NCBI GenBank assembly: GCA_038046645.1
Contig: JBBSVU010000016.1
Span: 652-64,651 of the forward strand
Origin: an archaeon
GTDB taxonomy: Archaea > Iainarchaeota > Iainarchaeia > Iainarchaeales > 0-14-0-20-34-12
Direction: 5' to 3'
Length of the DNA stretch: 64,000 nt
In this document: positions 46,965 through 56,200 of the stretch, piece after piece
How the letters are laid out: each line of letters starts with the position of its first letter
Numbering within the stretch: position 1 is the stretch's first letter
Notes under the pieces: model-generated
Told to the model about the DNA's origin: nothing
Seen by the model: only the letters and a program-made list of their open reading frames with translations
The model's database searches: none
Position numbers and translations under genes: made by a program

Positions 46965-47963
46965 TTACAACACCTCCATTTCTTGTATTATTGAATTTAG
47001 CATTTCATTTGTTTTTGATTTTCCGCCAAGGTCTGGCGTAAGGCTTTTTCTGCCAACAATCACGCTTTCAACAGCAAGCCTAACCTTATTTGCCCCTTCT
47101 TTTTCCCCAAGGAAATCAAGCATCAGGGCTGCAGACAAAATTGCCCCGCACGGATTTGCAATGCCTTTTCCTGCAATATCCGGAGCAGAGCCATGTACGG
47201 GCTCAAATAATCCAATTTTTTCACCAATGTTTGCAGAAGGGCATAATCCAATGCTTCCGGCAATTCCAGCAACCAAGTCAGACAATATGTCACCATACAG
47301 GTTTGGCGCAAGTATTGTCCTGTATTTTGCAGGATTTACCACTAATTTCATCGCAAGCGCATCAACTATTTCAGAATCAAATTCCTTCCCCAATTTTTTC
47401 AGGGTTTCTGATGCAACACTCAGAAATAAAACATCACTAGGCTTTACGACATTTGCCTTGTGCGTTATTGTTATTTTTCCATTTGCAAACCTTGCCGCTG
47501 CATTCGCAATCCTTTCTGTAGCCTTTTTTGAGATTATCCTCTGGTTAATTGCAATTCCCAATTTTTCATCCATTTCCCCAATCCCGGAATATAAGCATTC
47601 GGTGTTTTCCCTCACAATAAGGATGTCCACATTTTCATCCCCATATCTTCCCAATCCCTTATAAGTCCTTGCAGGCCTTATGTTTGCAAACAAATCAAGG
47701 TTCTGCCTTAATGAAAGTATTGCACTCTTGGCTTTCATGTCTTTTGAAGGGGTGGTGACAGCCCCGAATAATATTGCGTCTGATTTTTTTGCCATTTCGA
47801 TTGTTTCTTCGGGAACCGGAACACCAGTTTTTTCATGGCATGCAAACCCGGCATATGCTTCTTCATATTTTGCATTAAAATTCAGGGCATTTAATACTTT
47901 GATTGCCGCTTCAGTTACTTCTGGGCCAATGCCATCTCCCTTGATTACTAAAATTTTTTTCAT
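46965..47963 (-). CDS. Homoisocitrate (isocitrate/isopropylmalate-family) dehydrogenase
   Basis: 'ILVIKGDGIGPEV', 'NLYGDILSD', and 'GSAPDIAGKGIANP'. Operon context favours homoisocitrate as substrate. Confidence 0.8.
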   Translation of the reverse strand: MKKILVIKGDGIGPEVTEAAIKVLNALNFNAKYEEAYAGFACHEKTGVPVPEETIEMAKKSDAILFGAVTTPSKDMKAKSAILSLRQNLDLFANIRPARTYKGLGRYGDENVDILIVRENTECLYSGIGEMDEKLGIAINQRIISKKATERIANAAARFANGKITITHKANVVKPSDVLFLSVASETLKKLGKEFDSEIVDALAMKLVVNPAKYRTILAPNLYGDILSDLVAGIAGSIGLCPSANIGEKIGLFEPVHGSAPDIAGKGIANPCGAILSAALMLDFLGEKEGANKVRLAVESVIVGRKSLTPDLGGKSKTNEMLNSIIQEMEVL

Positions 47964-48052
47964 AAGAATACTCCTTCTATTCCCTTATTATTTTTTATGA
48001 CCGAAATCCGACATAATAAAACATTTTTGTCTGATATAAAACAAAACCAAAT

Positions 48053-48193
48053 CACTGACGCCCCATGGGTGCGCGGAAGCCGCACCCCTTGGGGTGCGAA
48101 GGATCGCACCCATTTCATTCCTTTCTGTATTTGGCTTCCGCCTGAAGCCCACTCTACTAAAGACGCCATGGGCTTCAGCCTATGGAGCGTCAC
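48053..48193 (+). repeat. Structured element E3 (141 nt), divergent relative of E1/E2
   Basis: Outer stem 48056-48066/48182-48192. Twin hairpins share the identical stem gggtgcg/cgcaccc (48067-48087 and 48092-48111). gcggaagcc (48073-48081) pairs with ggcttccgc (48133-48141). 10-bp hairpin 48142-48178. Confidence 0.55.
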
Positions 48194-48684
48194 AATAAGC
48201 CCTCCAATGATTTTTTCCTGTTCAAATATGGAATAATTCCGCCAGCTTTGATTATTTTCTGCATGTTCTTTGATGTTTTCATTATCCCTGCTTTTTTGTT
48301 TTTGCCCTTATTATTTAAAATCCCATTTTTTTCATCAAAGCCAGCTTCATCCCCATCCTCAAACTCAGCTGAATTTTGAATAAAATATGCCGGAAGCCCT
48401 ATGTTGATTGCATTTCTGTAAAAGATCCTTCCAAATGATTCTGCAAACACTGCTTTTATTCCCGAGGCTTTTATTGCCAATGCAGCACTCTCCCTGCTTG
48501 AGCCGCAGCCAAAATTTTTTCCAGCAACAATGAAATCGCCTGAAGAAACCTTTGCTGAAAATTCAGGCCTGTATTCTGCAAAGCATATTTCCCCCAATGC
48601 CTTTCCATCAACAGTAAGGTTCATCCTTCCAGGAGTTATTAAGTCAGTATTTATATTTTCACCAAATTTCCATATCCTTGCCAT
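48190..48684 (-). CDS. hacB: Homoaconitase/isopropylmalate isomerase small subunit
   Basis: 'GENINTDLI' and '[11 protein letters not shown]'. Confidence 0.8.
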   Translation of the reverse strand: MARIWKFGENINTDLITPGRMNLTVDGKALGEICFAEYRPEFSAKVSSGDFIVAGKNFGCGSSRESAALAIKASGIKAVFAESFGRIFYRNAINIGLPAYFIQNSAEFEDGDEAGFDEKNGILNNKGKNKKAGIMKTSKNMQKIIKAGGIIPYLNRKKSLEGLL

Positions 48685-48708
48685 TCTTTCACCAAATAAA
48701 TATATTGC

Positions 48709-49944
48709 TTAACAAAGCTCCCCTTCAATTGCGCTCAATGCAGCAGTTATTGGCGATCCCAAATAAATCTCAGAATTTGGGGATCCCATCCTTCCGCAGA
48801 AATTCCTGTTTTGTGTAGATAAACAAACTTCTTTGTCCCCCAAAACGCCAGAGTGCCTTCCCAAGCAAGGGCCGCAGCCAGCATTGCATACAATTGCCCC
48901 GGCATTGAGGAAAATATCCATAAGTCCTTCACCCATTGCTTTCTGATATTCCTGAACTGTTGAAGGAACAACAATCAATCGTGCATTTTTGTGCACACTT
49001 TTTCCCTTCAATATTTTTGCAGCCAATTCCAAATCCTCCAACCTTCCATTAGTGCATGTGCCTATTACAATTTGATCCAATTTTATCCCCTTAGCTTCTG
49101 AAACAGCCTTAACATTTTTAGGTTCATGCGGGCAGGCAACAAGCCTTTCCAATTCATTTAAGTTTATTTCAAATAAAGATTCATATTTTGCATTTTCATC
49201 TGCTTTCATCTCCCCAACATTTTTTCCTTTTTCTTCAAAGAACTTCTTTGTTATGCTATCCGAAGGGAATAACCCGATTTTGGCACCGCATTCAACGCTC
49301 ATGTTTGCAATTGTTATCCTGTCTGAAATTGCCATGTCAGCAACAGCGTTTCCTGAATATTCTACTGATTTATACGCAGCGCCATTTGCCCCTAATATCC
49401 TGATTATTTCAAGCGCAATATCCTTAGAAACAATATCTTTTCCTACTTTTCCATTCATTTCTGCCTTAATTGTTTCAGGAACCATGAACCAGTTTTTCCC
49501 AGTTGCCCAAGATACCGCAATGTCTGTTGAACCCATTCCAATTCCCAGGGAAGAAACAGCACCAAATGTGCAGGTGTGGGAATCTGCCCCGGCAATTAAA
49601 GTATTTGGCAAAGCAATGCCTTCATCTATCAGCAAATGGTGGCAAATGCCCTTCCCATAGAAAATGTCCAATATTGCATGTTTCTCTGCAAATCCCATTA
49701 TTTCTTTCTGCATGTTTGCCGCCTGCACGCTTGCTGCAGGGACAACATGGTCAAAAACAAAAACAACTTTTTCCGCCCTGATTTTAAATCCCTTTAATTC
49801 ATTGAATGATTTTATTGCAAGTGATGTAGTAGCGTCATGGGACATTATTTTGTCAACGTTTGCAATTACTGTGTCGCCAGCAAAAGCCATCCTGCCTGAT
49901 TTTTCTGAGAATATTTTTTCAACAATGGTTTGCCCATTATCCAT
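48709..49944 (-). CDS. hacA: Homoaconitase/isopropylmalate isomerase large subunit
   Basis: 'DKIMSHDATT', 'GADSHTCT', and 'GTCTNGR...NAGCGPCLG'. Confidence 0.85.
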   Translation of the reverse strand: MDNGQTIVEKIFSEKSGRMAFAGDTVIANVDKIMSHDATTSLAIKSFNELKGFKIRAEKVVFVFDHVVPAASVQAANMQKEIMGFAEKHAILDIFYGKGICHHLLIDEGIALPNTLIAGADSHTCTFGAVSSLGIGMGSTDIAVSWATGKNWFMVPETIKAEMNGKVGKDIVSKDIALEIIRILGANGAAYKSVEYSGNAVADMAISDRITIANMSVECGAKIGLFPSDSITKKFFEEKGKNVGEMKADENAKYESLFEINLNELERLVACPHEPKNVKAVSEAKGIKLDQIVIGTCTNGRLEDLELAAKILKGKSVHKNARLIVVPSTVQEYQKAMGEGLMDIFLNAGAIVCNAGCGPCLGRHSGVLGDKEVCLSTQNRNFCGRMGSPNSEIYLGSPITAALSAIEGELC

Positions 49945-51325
49945 TTAAAATCACCATTGTGTTTGTTTTCTGCACATTTTCCATGCTTCTTATTTTATCC
50001 ACAAGCAGGTTCAATTTCCTTACAGAATCGGTTTTTGCATGCAGGCATAAATCGTATTCTCCAGCTATTTCTAAGCAGTTTGTTATCTCAGGGTGCTTTG
50101 CAAATCCATTTTTCAAATCATTGATATAGCCGTCATGGTTTGCAGTTACAAATACCAATGCCTGTGCGTTCCTCGTATTCTCGCGTGATATTCCCAAAAC
50201 ATTCTCAATTATTTTTATTACATCAAACTCTGTGCAGAATTTCCTGTTCCTATTTTTTATTTGTGATATTATTTCCTTTATCTGCGCATCATTTGCTTTA
50301 TGCCCTAGCTTTGAAGTAAAATGCTTCACTGCAGCAGTCCCTGCAAATTTGTCCACGAGTATTGCCCTTTCCCTCCCAAATTCTTCAGGCCTTAGGAATT
50401 CATAAGTAAGTGGATTTTTCAATACTGCCGAAGTATGTACGCCTGCCTTGTGTGAAAATACATTTTTCCCAACAATCGGCTTGTGGTTCGCATTGAATAT
50501 TCCAGAATATCTTTCAACCATTGCGCTTAATTCAGGAAGCATTTCTATCTTCCAGCCATTTTTCACATTATAGATTTTTTTTAGGGAAACAGCCAATTCA
50601 TCCAATGTAGTAATTCCCGCCCTTTCCCCCAGCCCATTTACCGTAACATCAATCAAGGTTATTCCGGCTTCATATGCGGCAATTGCATTTGCGGTTGCTA
50701 ACCCCAAATCATTATGGCAATGGATATGCAAAGGAAGTTTTGTTGATTTTACCAGCCCTGAAACAAGTTCTGATGTTTTTCTTGGGGTTAAATTTCCTAC
50801 AGTGTCTGCAATGCTCCCTCTTGTTGCACCAGCAGCCTTTGCAGTGTTATATACTTTTGTTAAAAAATTAATATCAGTTCTGCTTGCATCTTCCGCAGTA
50901 AACCTTATCTTCAGCCCATAATTTGAGGCATATTCAATGACTTCCGTAATTTTTTCAAGAGCTTTTGCCCTTGGCATGTTGAATTTGTATTTCAGGCTTA
51001 TATCGGATGTGCCCCAAAAAAGGCCAATCCATTCTGTATTCATCTGTGCAACAAGGTCAATATTTTCCTTTGTTGCTAGGGAATGGCAAAGCAGCGGTGT
51101 TTTCAATCCAAGATTTGATACCTCTTTAATTGAGTTTTTTATGTCTTCGGAAACGCCAGGATTTCCTACCTCGATTATGTCAACACCAAATTTAGATAAT
51201 GCAGTGGCAATTTTTATCCTTTCATCGCTGTTGAATGAGACGCCTGCTGTTTGTTCCCCTTCCCTTAGCGTGCTGTCCAATATTTCAACCATAAAACCAC
51301 TTGCCAAATAGTGGCCCTCTACCAC
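49937..51325 (-). CDS. Homocitrate synthase (LeuA/NifV family) with C-terminal RAM-like domain
   Basis: 'ILDSTLREGEQTAGV' and 'HCHNDLGLATANA'. C-terminal ~78 aa 'ALVFVTAN...HPEITNCLEIAGEYDLCLHAKTDSVRKLNLLVDKI..MENVQKTNTMVIL' match the Lrp/AsnC ligand-domain pattern. Confidence 0.85.
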   Translation of the reverse strand: MVEGHYLASGFMVEILDSTLREGEQTAGVSFNSDERIKIATALSKFGVDIIEVGNPGVSEDIKNSIKEVSNLGLKTPLLCHSLATKENIDLVAQMNTEWIGLFWGTSDISLKYKFNMPRAKALEKITEVIEYASNYGLKIRFTAEDASRTDINFLTKVYNTAKAAGATRGSIADTVGNLTPRKTSELVSGLVKSTKLPLHIHCHNDLGLATANAIAAYEAGITLIDVTVNGLGERAGITTLDELAVSLKKIYNVKNGWKIEMLPELSAMVERYSGIFNANHKPIVGKNVFSHKAGVHTSAVLKNPLTYEFLRPEEFGRERAILVDKFAGTAAVKHFTSKLGHKANDAQIKEIISQIKNRNRKFCTEFDVIKIIENVLGISRENTRNAQALVFVTANHDGYINDLKNGFAKHPEITNCLEIAGEYDLCLHAKTDSVRKLNLLVDKIRSMENVQKTNTMVILNG

Positions 51326-51732
51326 TTTTTGAGGACCATAATAGTGTCTGTTGCCTTTATCTCTTTTTTTGCCCTTAATTCATCAATAAATGAGTTCATT
51401 TCATCGATTGCCTGGAATGAGCAAATTAATACGGCATCGAATTCACCCGAAGTTTCAAATAGCTCATTAATCTCAGATAATTGTTTTAATCTGGGATAAA
51501 ACTCAGTTGCATTTATTTGTGGTTCAACCTTTATGCTTACCAAGCATCTGATTTTATTATCATCGCGCAGGACTGCAGTATAGCCACGAATGTATTCCTT
51601 TTCAAGGTTCTTTATCCTGTATCTCACAGCAGATTCTGACAAGCCAAGTCCTTTAGCTATTTCAGTATTTGTTATTCTTGCATTCTTGGTCAAAAGCCCT
51701 ATTATTTTGCGATTTAGTTCATCCATAATCAT
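51319..51732 (-). CDS. Lrp/AsnC-family transcriptional regulator
   Basis: 'LNRKIIGLLTKNARITNTEIAKGLGLSESAVRYRIKNLEKE' plus a RAM domain. Overlaps the homocitrate synthase start by 7 nt. Confidence 0.8.
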   Translation of the reverse strand: MIMDELNRKIIGLLTKNARITNTEIAKGLGLSESAVRYRIKNLEKEYIRGYTAVLRDDNKIRCLVSIKVEPQINATEFYPRLKQLSEINELFETSGEFDAVLICSFQAIDEMNSFIDELRAKKEIKATDTIMVLKKW

Positions 51733-51865
51733 AATATTAACGAAAGTATTTAAATATTTAACTATATTTAGCGAATATCGCAGTATGGGATTGCGAATCC
51801 GTTTAATTTTGAGTTAAAAATAACCAAAAAATAAGCCTCTTTTTAGAGTATCTTCTATTTTTTAT

Positions 51866-52507
51866 TTATCTTAGCCTTGCCCTTACAAATCGTTTAAGCT
51901 CAGCTGCAAAAGGCCTTGCTTCTTTTTTTGGCCTTGTTAATTCTTCAGGGATGCTTACTCCTGGAACAACTTTTATTCTCCTTGCATTCCTTGCCTGTTG
52001 TGAAACCCTGAATAGCTTGCCCAGCTCCCCAAAATAACTCTCCCTACCATTTAGCTTTTTTGCGACATGTATGCTAAATGGTAGTTTTTCCAGTATATCC
52101 TCAGACCCAGGGCTGGAAAATAACGAGGTTAAATGCGGTTTTGACCCAAGCTCACTTAATGCAGTATGGAATGCTTCCATAGTTCTACCCCCTATAATTG
52201 ATTCATCAAATAGCATTACTTTCCCTTTTAATTTTTTATCCAGCCCTCTTTTTATCATGTGTTCTTTTATGAGCTCTGAAAGAGGCTTGTAGGTTACAGC
52301 TTTCCATACATGCCCTACTGACACATAAGAAGGATCTCTTTCTCTAGGGTATTTTTTGCCCCAAATTATTCTAAATAGCTAATAATACGGGCCAGCTTCT
52401 GCCCCGCCAAGGACAATTGTATCTATTCTATTCGCATGGGCATAGTCCACAAGATTTTCAACAGCTTCATAAATAGCCTGTTTTGCTTCTCTGCTTAGCT
52501 TGCTCAT
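51866..52507 (-). pseudogene. Phosphoribosyltransferase-like gene interrupted by one in-frame TAG (52379-52381)
   Basis: ATG 52505-52507 overlaps the TGA of the upstream MBL gene (ATGA). The frame reads 'MSKLSREAKQ...IDTIVLGGAEAGPYY*LFRIIWGKKYPRE...VMLFDESIIGGRTM'. The track shows only the 3' part from GTG 52324. Confidence 0.55.
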
Positions 52508-53124
52508 AAAATCTCAGTCTTTCCTTTATATTTCTTTTTGAATTCTTCCCCATTTTTTTCTGCCCCAGCAATTCCTGCATTGTAATGCATTGGAATTGCA
52601 ATCTTTGGTTTTATTATTTCTGCAGCTTTTGCAGCTTCCCCTGCATTCATTGTGTATGTCCCAGAAACCGGGAGAAAAGCAATATCAATTTTTCCTGCTA
52701 ATTCCTTCATTTCAGGGATTAAATCTGTGTCGCCTGCATGATAAATTTTAATTCCATCAATTTCTATTACAATTCCAATTCCTAGCCCTTTTGGGTGGAA
52801 TTTTTTGCCGATATTATATGCCTCAACCGCTTGAATCTTAACCTCAGAGCCATTTAACCTTTGCCCTACTTTAATTTCTTTACCTTCACCCAACTTTTTT
52901 ATTACTCCGCTAGGGCCAATTATTACAGTTTCATCCTTTCTTATTTTTTGAATATCTTGTGCAGAGCAATGGTCAAAATGTTCGTGTGTGCAGATTATAA
53001 TGTCTGCCCTGTCATTGCCATTTTCAATTTTGAAAGGGTCGATATAAATGATTTTCTTTTTTATTTTTATTTTTACTGTATCATGCTTCAATAATTCGAT
53101 TTCAAGATTTTCATATCTCATCAA
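52504..53124 (-). CDS. MBL-fold metal-dependent hydrolase (UPF0173-like)
   Basis: 'ICTHEHFDHC' (HxHxDH) and 'YHAGDT'. Confidence 0.75.
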   Translation of the reverse strand: MMRYENLEIELLKHDTVKIKIKKKIIYIDPFKIENGNDRADIIICTHEHFDHCSAQDIQKIRKDETVIIGPSGVIKKLGEGKEIKVGQRLNGSEVKIQAVEAYNIGKKFHPKGLGIGIVIEIDGIKIYHAGDTDLIPEMKELAGKIDIAFLPVSGTYTMNAGEAAKAAEIIKPKIAIPMHYNAGIAGAEKNGEEFKKKYKGKTEIL

Positions 53125-53290
53125 ATTCCCTCAAATGCAATTTTGTATACTCCCAATTTTGTGTATTAATATCCTTTAGGATACATATTCAATAACCTAA
53201 TCCATTATTAATATATTTCCGCAAAATAGTATGTATTCCATAAATATATAAAAATATAAAATGAAATAACCAAATCCTGCAGGGATTTTT

Positions 53291-56200
53291 ATGAAAAAAC
53301 TTTTGATTATCTGCATTTTGATGCTTTTTCCTTTAATTTCGGCTGAGCTAGGGGTTTTTGCCGAAAATACTTCAACAGCATCCAATGTTTCTGGATATAC
53401 TTTAATAATTAAGGGCCTGAATTTAGGGGATTTACCAAAAGATAATTCTACTTATGAATATAATTTCTATGAAAGCGTTATGGAACGTTTGGTAAAAGGT
53501 GCAGAAGGCAAAGAGGCAGCAATATGTGTTCCACATCTTTCCTGTGAAACTAAGCCTTGCACAATGAAACAAAGATGTGATAATAGGCTGTATGCTGTAG
53601 GTTTGGCAAAAAAAGAAATTAGTTCACACAAAACTATTTTTAATGCAATAAATGCTAAAAAAGGTTCATTGCAGCCTTATTTGAAGCATGATGCTTCTTC
53701 ATTCATAGCTGCGGTTGTAAGAAATGAATCCTATTTTGACCCGAATAATCATTCAGATAGAGGAGATACCTCCTGCGGATTGATGCAGGTTTCAATAGGT
53801 TATTATTGCCCAGAACGGCAGAAGCAGGGAAAGAAGTGTGCTGGCTGCAACTGCAAGGATCCAGAAATTGCAAAGGATTGCTGGAAAGGCTGGAATGACC
53901 CAGAAGAAAATCTTGATGTTGGAATTAATACTGCTTTGCTGACTTGGGCTAAATCAGCAGAAAGCAAACCAGGGTGTGAAAAAGTCCTTGATTCTTACAT
54001 TGCAGGGCTTGAAGATTATAAGATTACGTTAAGGGAAGTGATGATGGCTGCAGGCCATAATTGGGGCGGAGCCTTTATAACAAAATGTATTGTAGATGAG
54101 CCACAGAAAACAATTACCTTGATTTCAGACAAACTTTCTAGTGGCAGAAAATTAGCCTATGCTGGAAAATTGCAATATCCTGCAGGCATAATAAGTTCAA
54201 CTATATTATATCAGCTTGCAATGGCAGGCCTTGAATTCAATGCAGAAAAAATGGATGAAAAGCCGGCAAATTTATTCTGTTCCGGTTTTGACAATGCAGA
54301 AACCGGTGCATTGGCATATAAAAAATATGGTTTTGACCGCATATTATGGGATTGGGACTTTGAAAATATTACTTCAAATACCTGTGAAAATAAATTCTGC
54401 GATGCAACCCAATTTTTATTAAGCATGCTTGCAAAGGACGAATATGTGTCACAGGCTTTGAAAAAAATCCCCTCTGAACATATTAAAGGCATTCTGCAGG
54501 CAGAGCCTGATTTAGAAAATGCAACAATGCTGAGTGATTTACTGCCCATAACTAAAGAAACAGTTTTAGTTAAGGATAATGCATTGGGTGCTGATAAAAC
54601 ACAAATTTATTTCCTTTCAGAAAACAGTTTGCTTGTTCCAAGCAATGATTGTAATGTTCAAATATCTGACCCTAAAAATGGTTTGGTTAAAGAGCCATTT
54701 GAGGTAGCATCTGATTACCTAAGATCTTGTTTAACCCTAGACAAAGTGCGTTCTTTTGATGAATCAGTTTATCTGGCAAACACGGTTAAAGGTAAGGATA
54801 TAAAATTAGGTTCATGTTCACTTGCTGAAAGGCTTGGTTCCCTCCAGTATTCTGCAAAAAAATGCGGCAATAATGAAAATGATATTCTGATTCTTGTCAG
54901 GCCAAATGCAAATGACAATCCTGTTTTCAGCAAGCTTGTTGATTCCGGCGTATTCAATAGCATTTCAAGGAAGACTTCAGTTGTAGCTTATGTTTTTACC
55001 TTGCCTGAACTCGAGCTACTAATTTTCAATCTGTCAAATGCCTTAAAAAATAAAGATTGTGAAAATCCCAATCTTTTTGGCACAACAATAGAGCTTTCAG
55101 TAAATGCAAAGGATTGTTTCCAAGAGAAAGAACTGTTGATTAGTGATTTCTTTACTGCTTTGCAGACAAACATTACAGGCATTCAAAGGGCAGTTAGATA
55201 TGATGCCGCAGAACTTATGTTAGATAGCCAAGGCAATGCCCTTAAAAAATACATTGCAGAAAATGCTTCAAACCTTGCATTTTTAGGTACAGAAATAATC
55301 CCAAGTAGCAAGGTTTTTCTCATTGGCGATAATTTTACTTCAGAGGATTTCCTTTCAGATTTTGAATTAGCCTATCCTTCTTATGATTTGAACAGATATA
55401 AAATAATCAATGAAAATGCTGATTCAGCATCAGGCCAAGGTCCGGTATCAGGCCAATCTGTTGATTCAACATTGAATCAATTAGAATCAGGGCAATATTC
55501 TGCCAGCATTGATTTGCCTGTTAAAATAAAAGATAATTCAGTAGTTGAGCCTGATGCAGTATCTTTTAAAGAAATCAATTTTGCTCTCGAAAAAACACTG
55601 GCTCAAATTGATACTGGCAATGGGAATGAATCTGCCTATGCTTCAAACCCTTTCCTGAAACTAGCATTTGATGGCATGCTCGGGATAGGCAAGGGGAATA
55701 AAAGGGAAGGCTATGGAACATCCAGCAAAGGTTCACTCACGCTTACTGAATTATATTCAACTCCTGAAATAATTTCAACATCTGGATTTGCGGTTTCTTC
55801 AGAGGATAATCCTGATGCAGATTTAAGTGACATACTGTCAGGAAAGAAAATATTTTCTTTGGAACAGGAAGGCTCTAATTATAATATTTCTTTTATTGAA
55901 CAAATACCCACATTGTTTTCATTGGATACAAATGTTTCACAAACAATTGCATTAAGATTTTTGGAAGATTCTTCTGTATTTGAAAAACCGCTTAGCTTGA
56001 ATTTTTTAACGCCAAAAGGCACATCCATAACCCCAACTATTGGAATCCCAAATAAATATTCCTACTGCGGCAATGTGCAGGGCAATGTTTACCTTATGCC
56101 AACAAAAACTGTTGGTAAATATCAAACAATGTTTTATATTCCTACACAACAGTCAGCATCTTTGCCAAATAAGGTTGAGATAACTTGCGCAAGGGATAAA

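Noticed and set aside
46735-47664. 309-aa plus-strand ORF, together with other long antisense ORFs such as 9271-9963, 21362-22051, 23465-24028, 25447-25953 and 35623-36150
   Set aside because: All lie antisense to genes with strong, recognisable motifs (HICDH, giant protein, KaiC-like, MetH and others). Their translations are low-complexity S/F/L/I-rich strings typical of the reverse frame of AT-rich coding DNA.
48053-48193. E3 considered as a lysine riboswitch, tRNA or other known RNA because of its GC-richness and location in the lysine operon
   Set aside because: It has no tRNA cloverleaf (no 7-bp acceptor or T-loop). I could not find L-box conserved cores. Related copies (E1, E2) sit in unrelated contexts (hicBA, relE promoter), so a lysine-specific sensor is unlikely.
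52379-52381. In-frame TAG considered as evidence for pyrrolysine or a reassigned genetic code
   Set aside because: TAG clearly terminates other genes here (hicB at 21328-21330; metH at 26516-26518). No pyl genes are visible in the window. A nonsense mutation or local read-through is more parsimonious.
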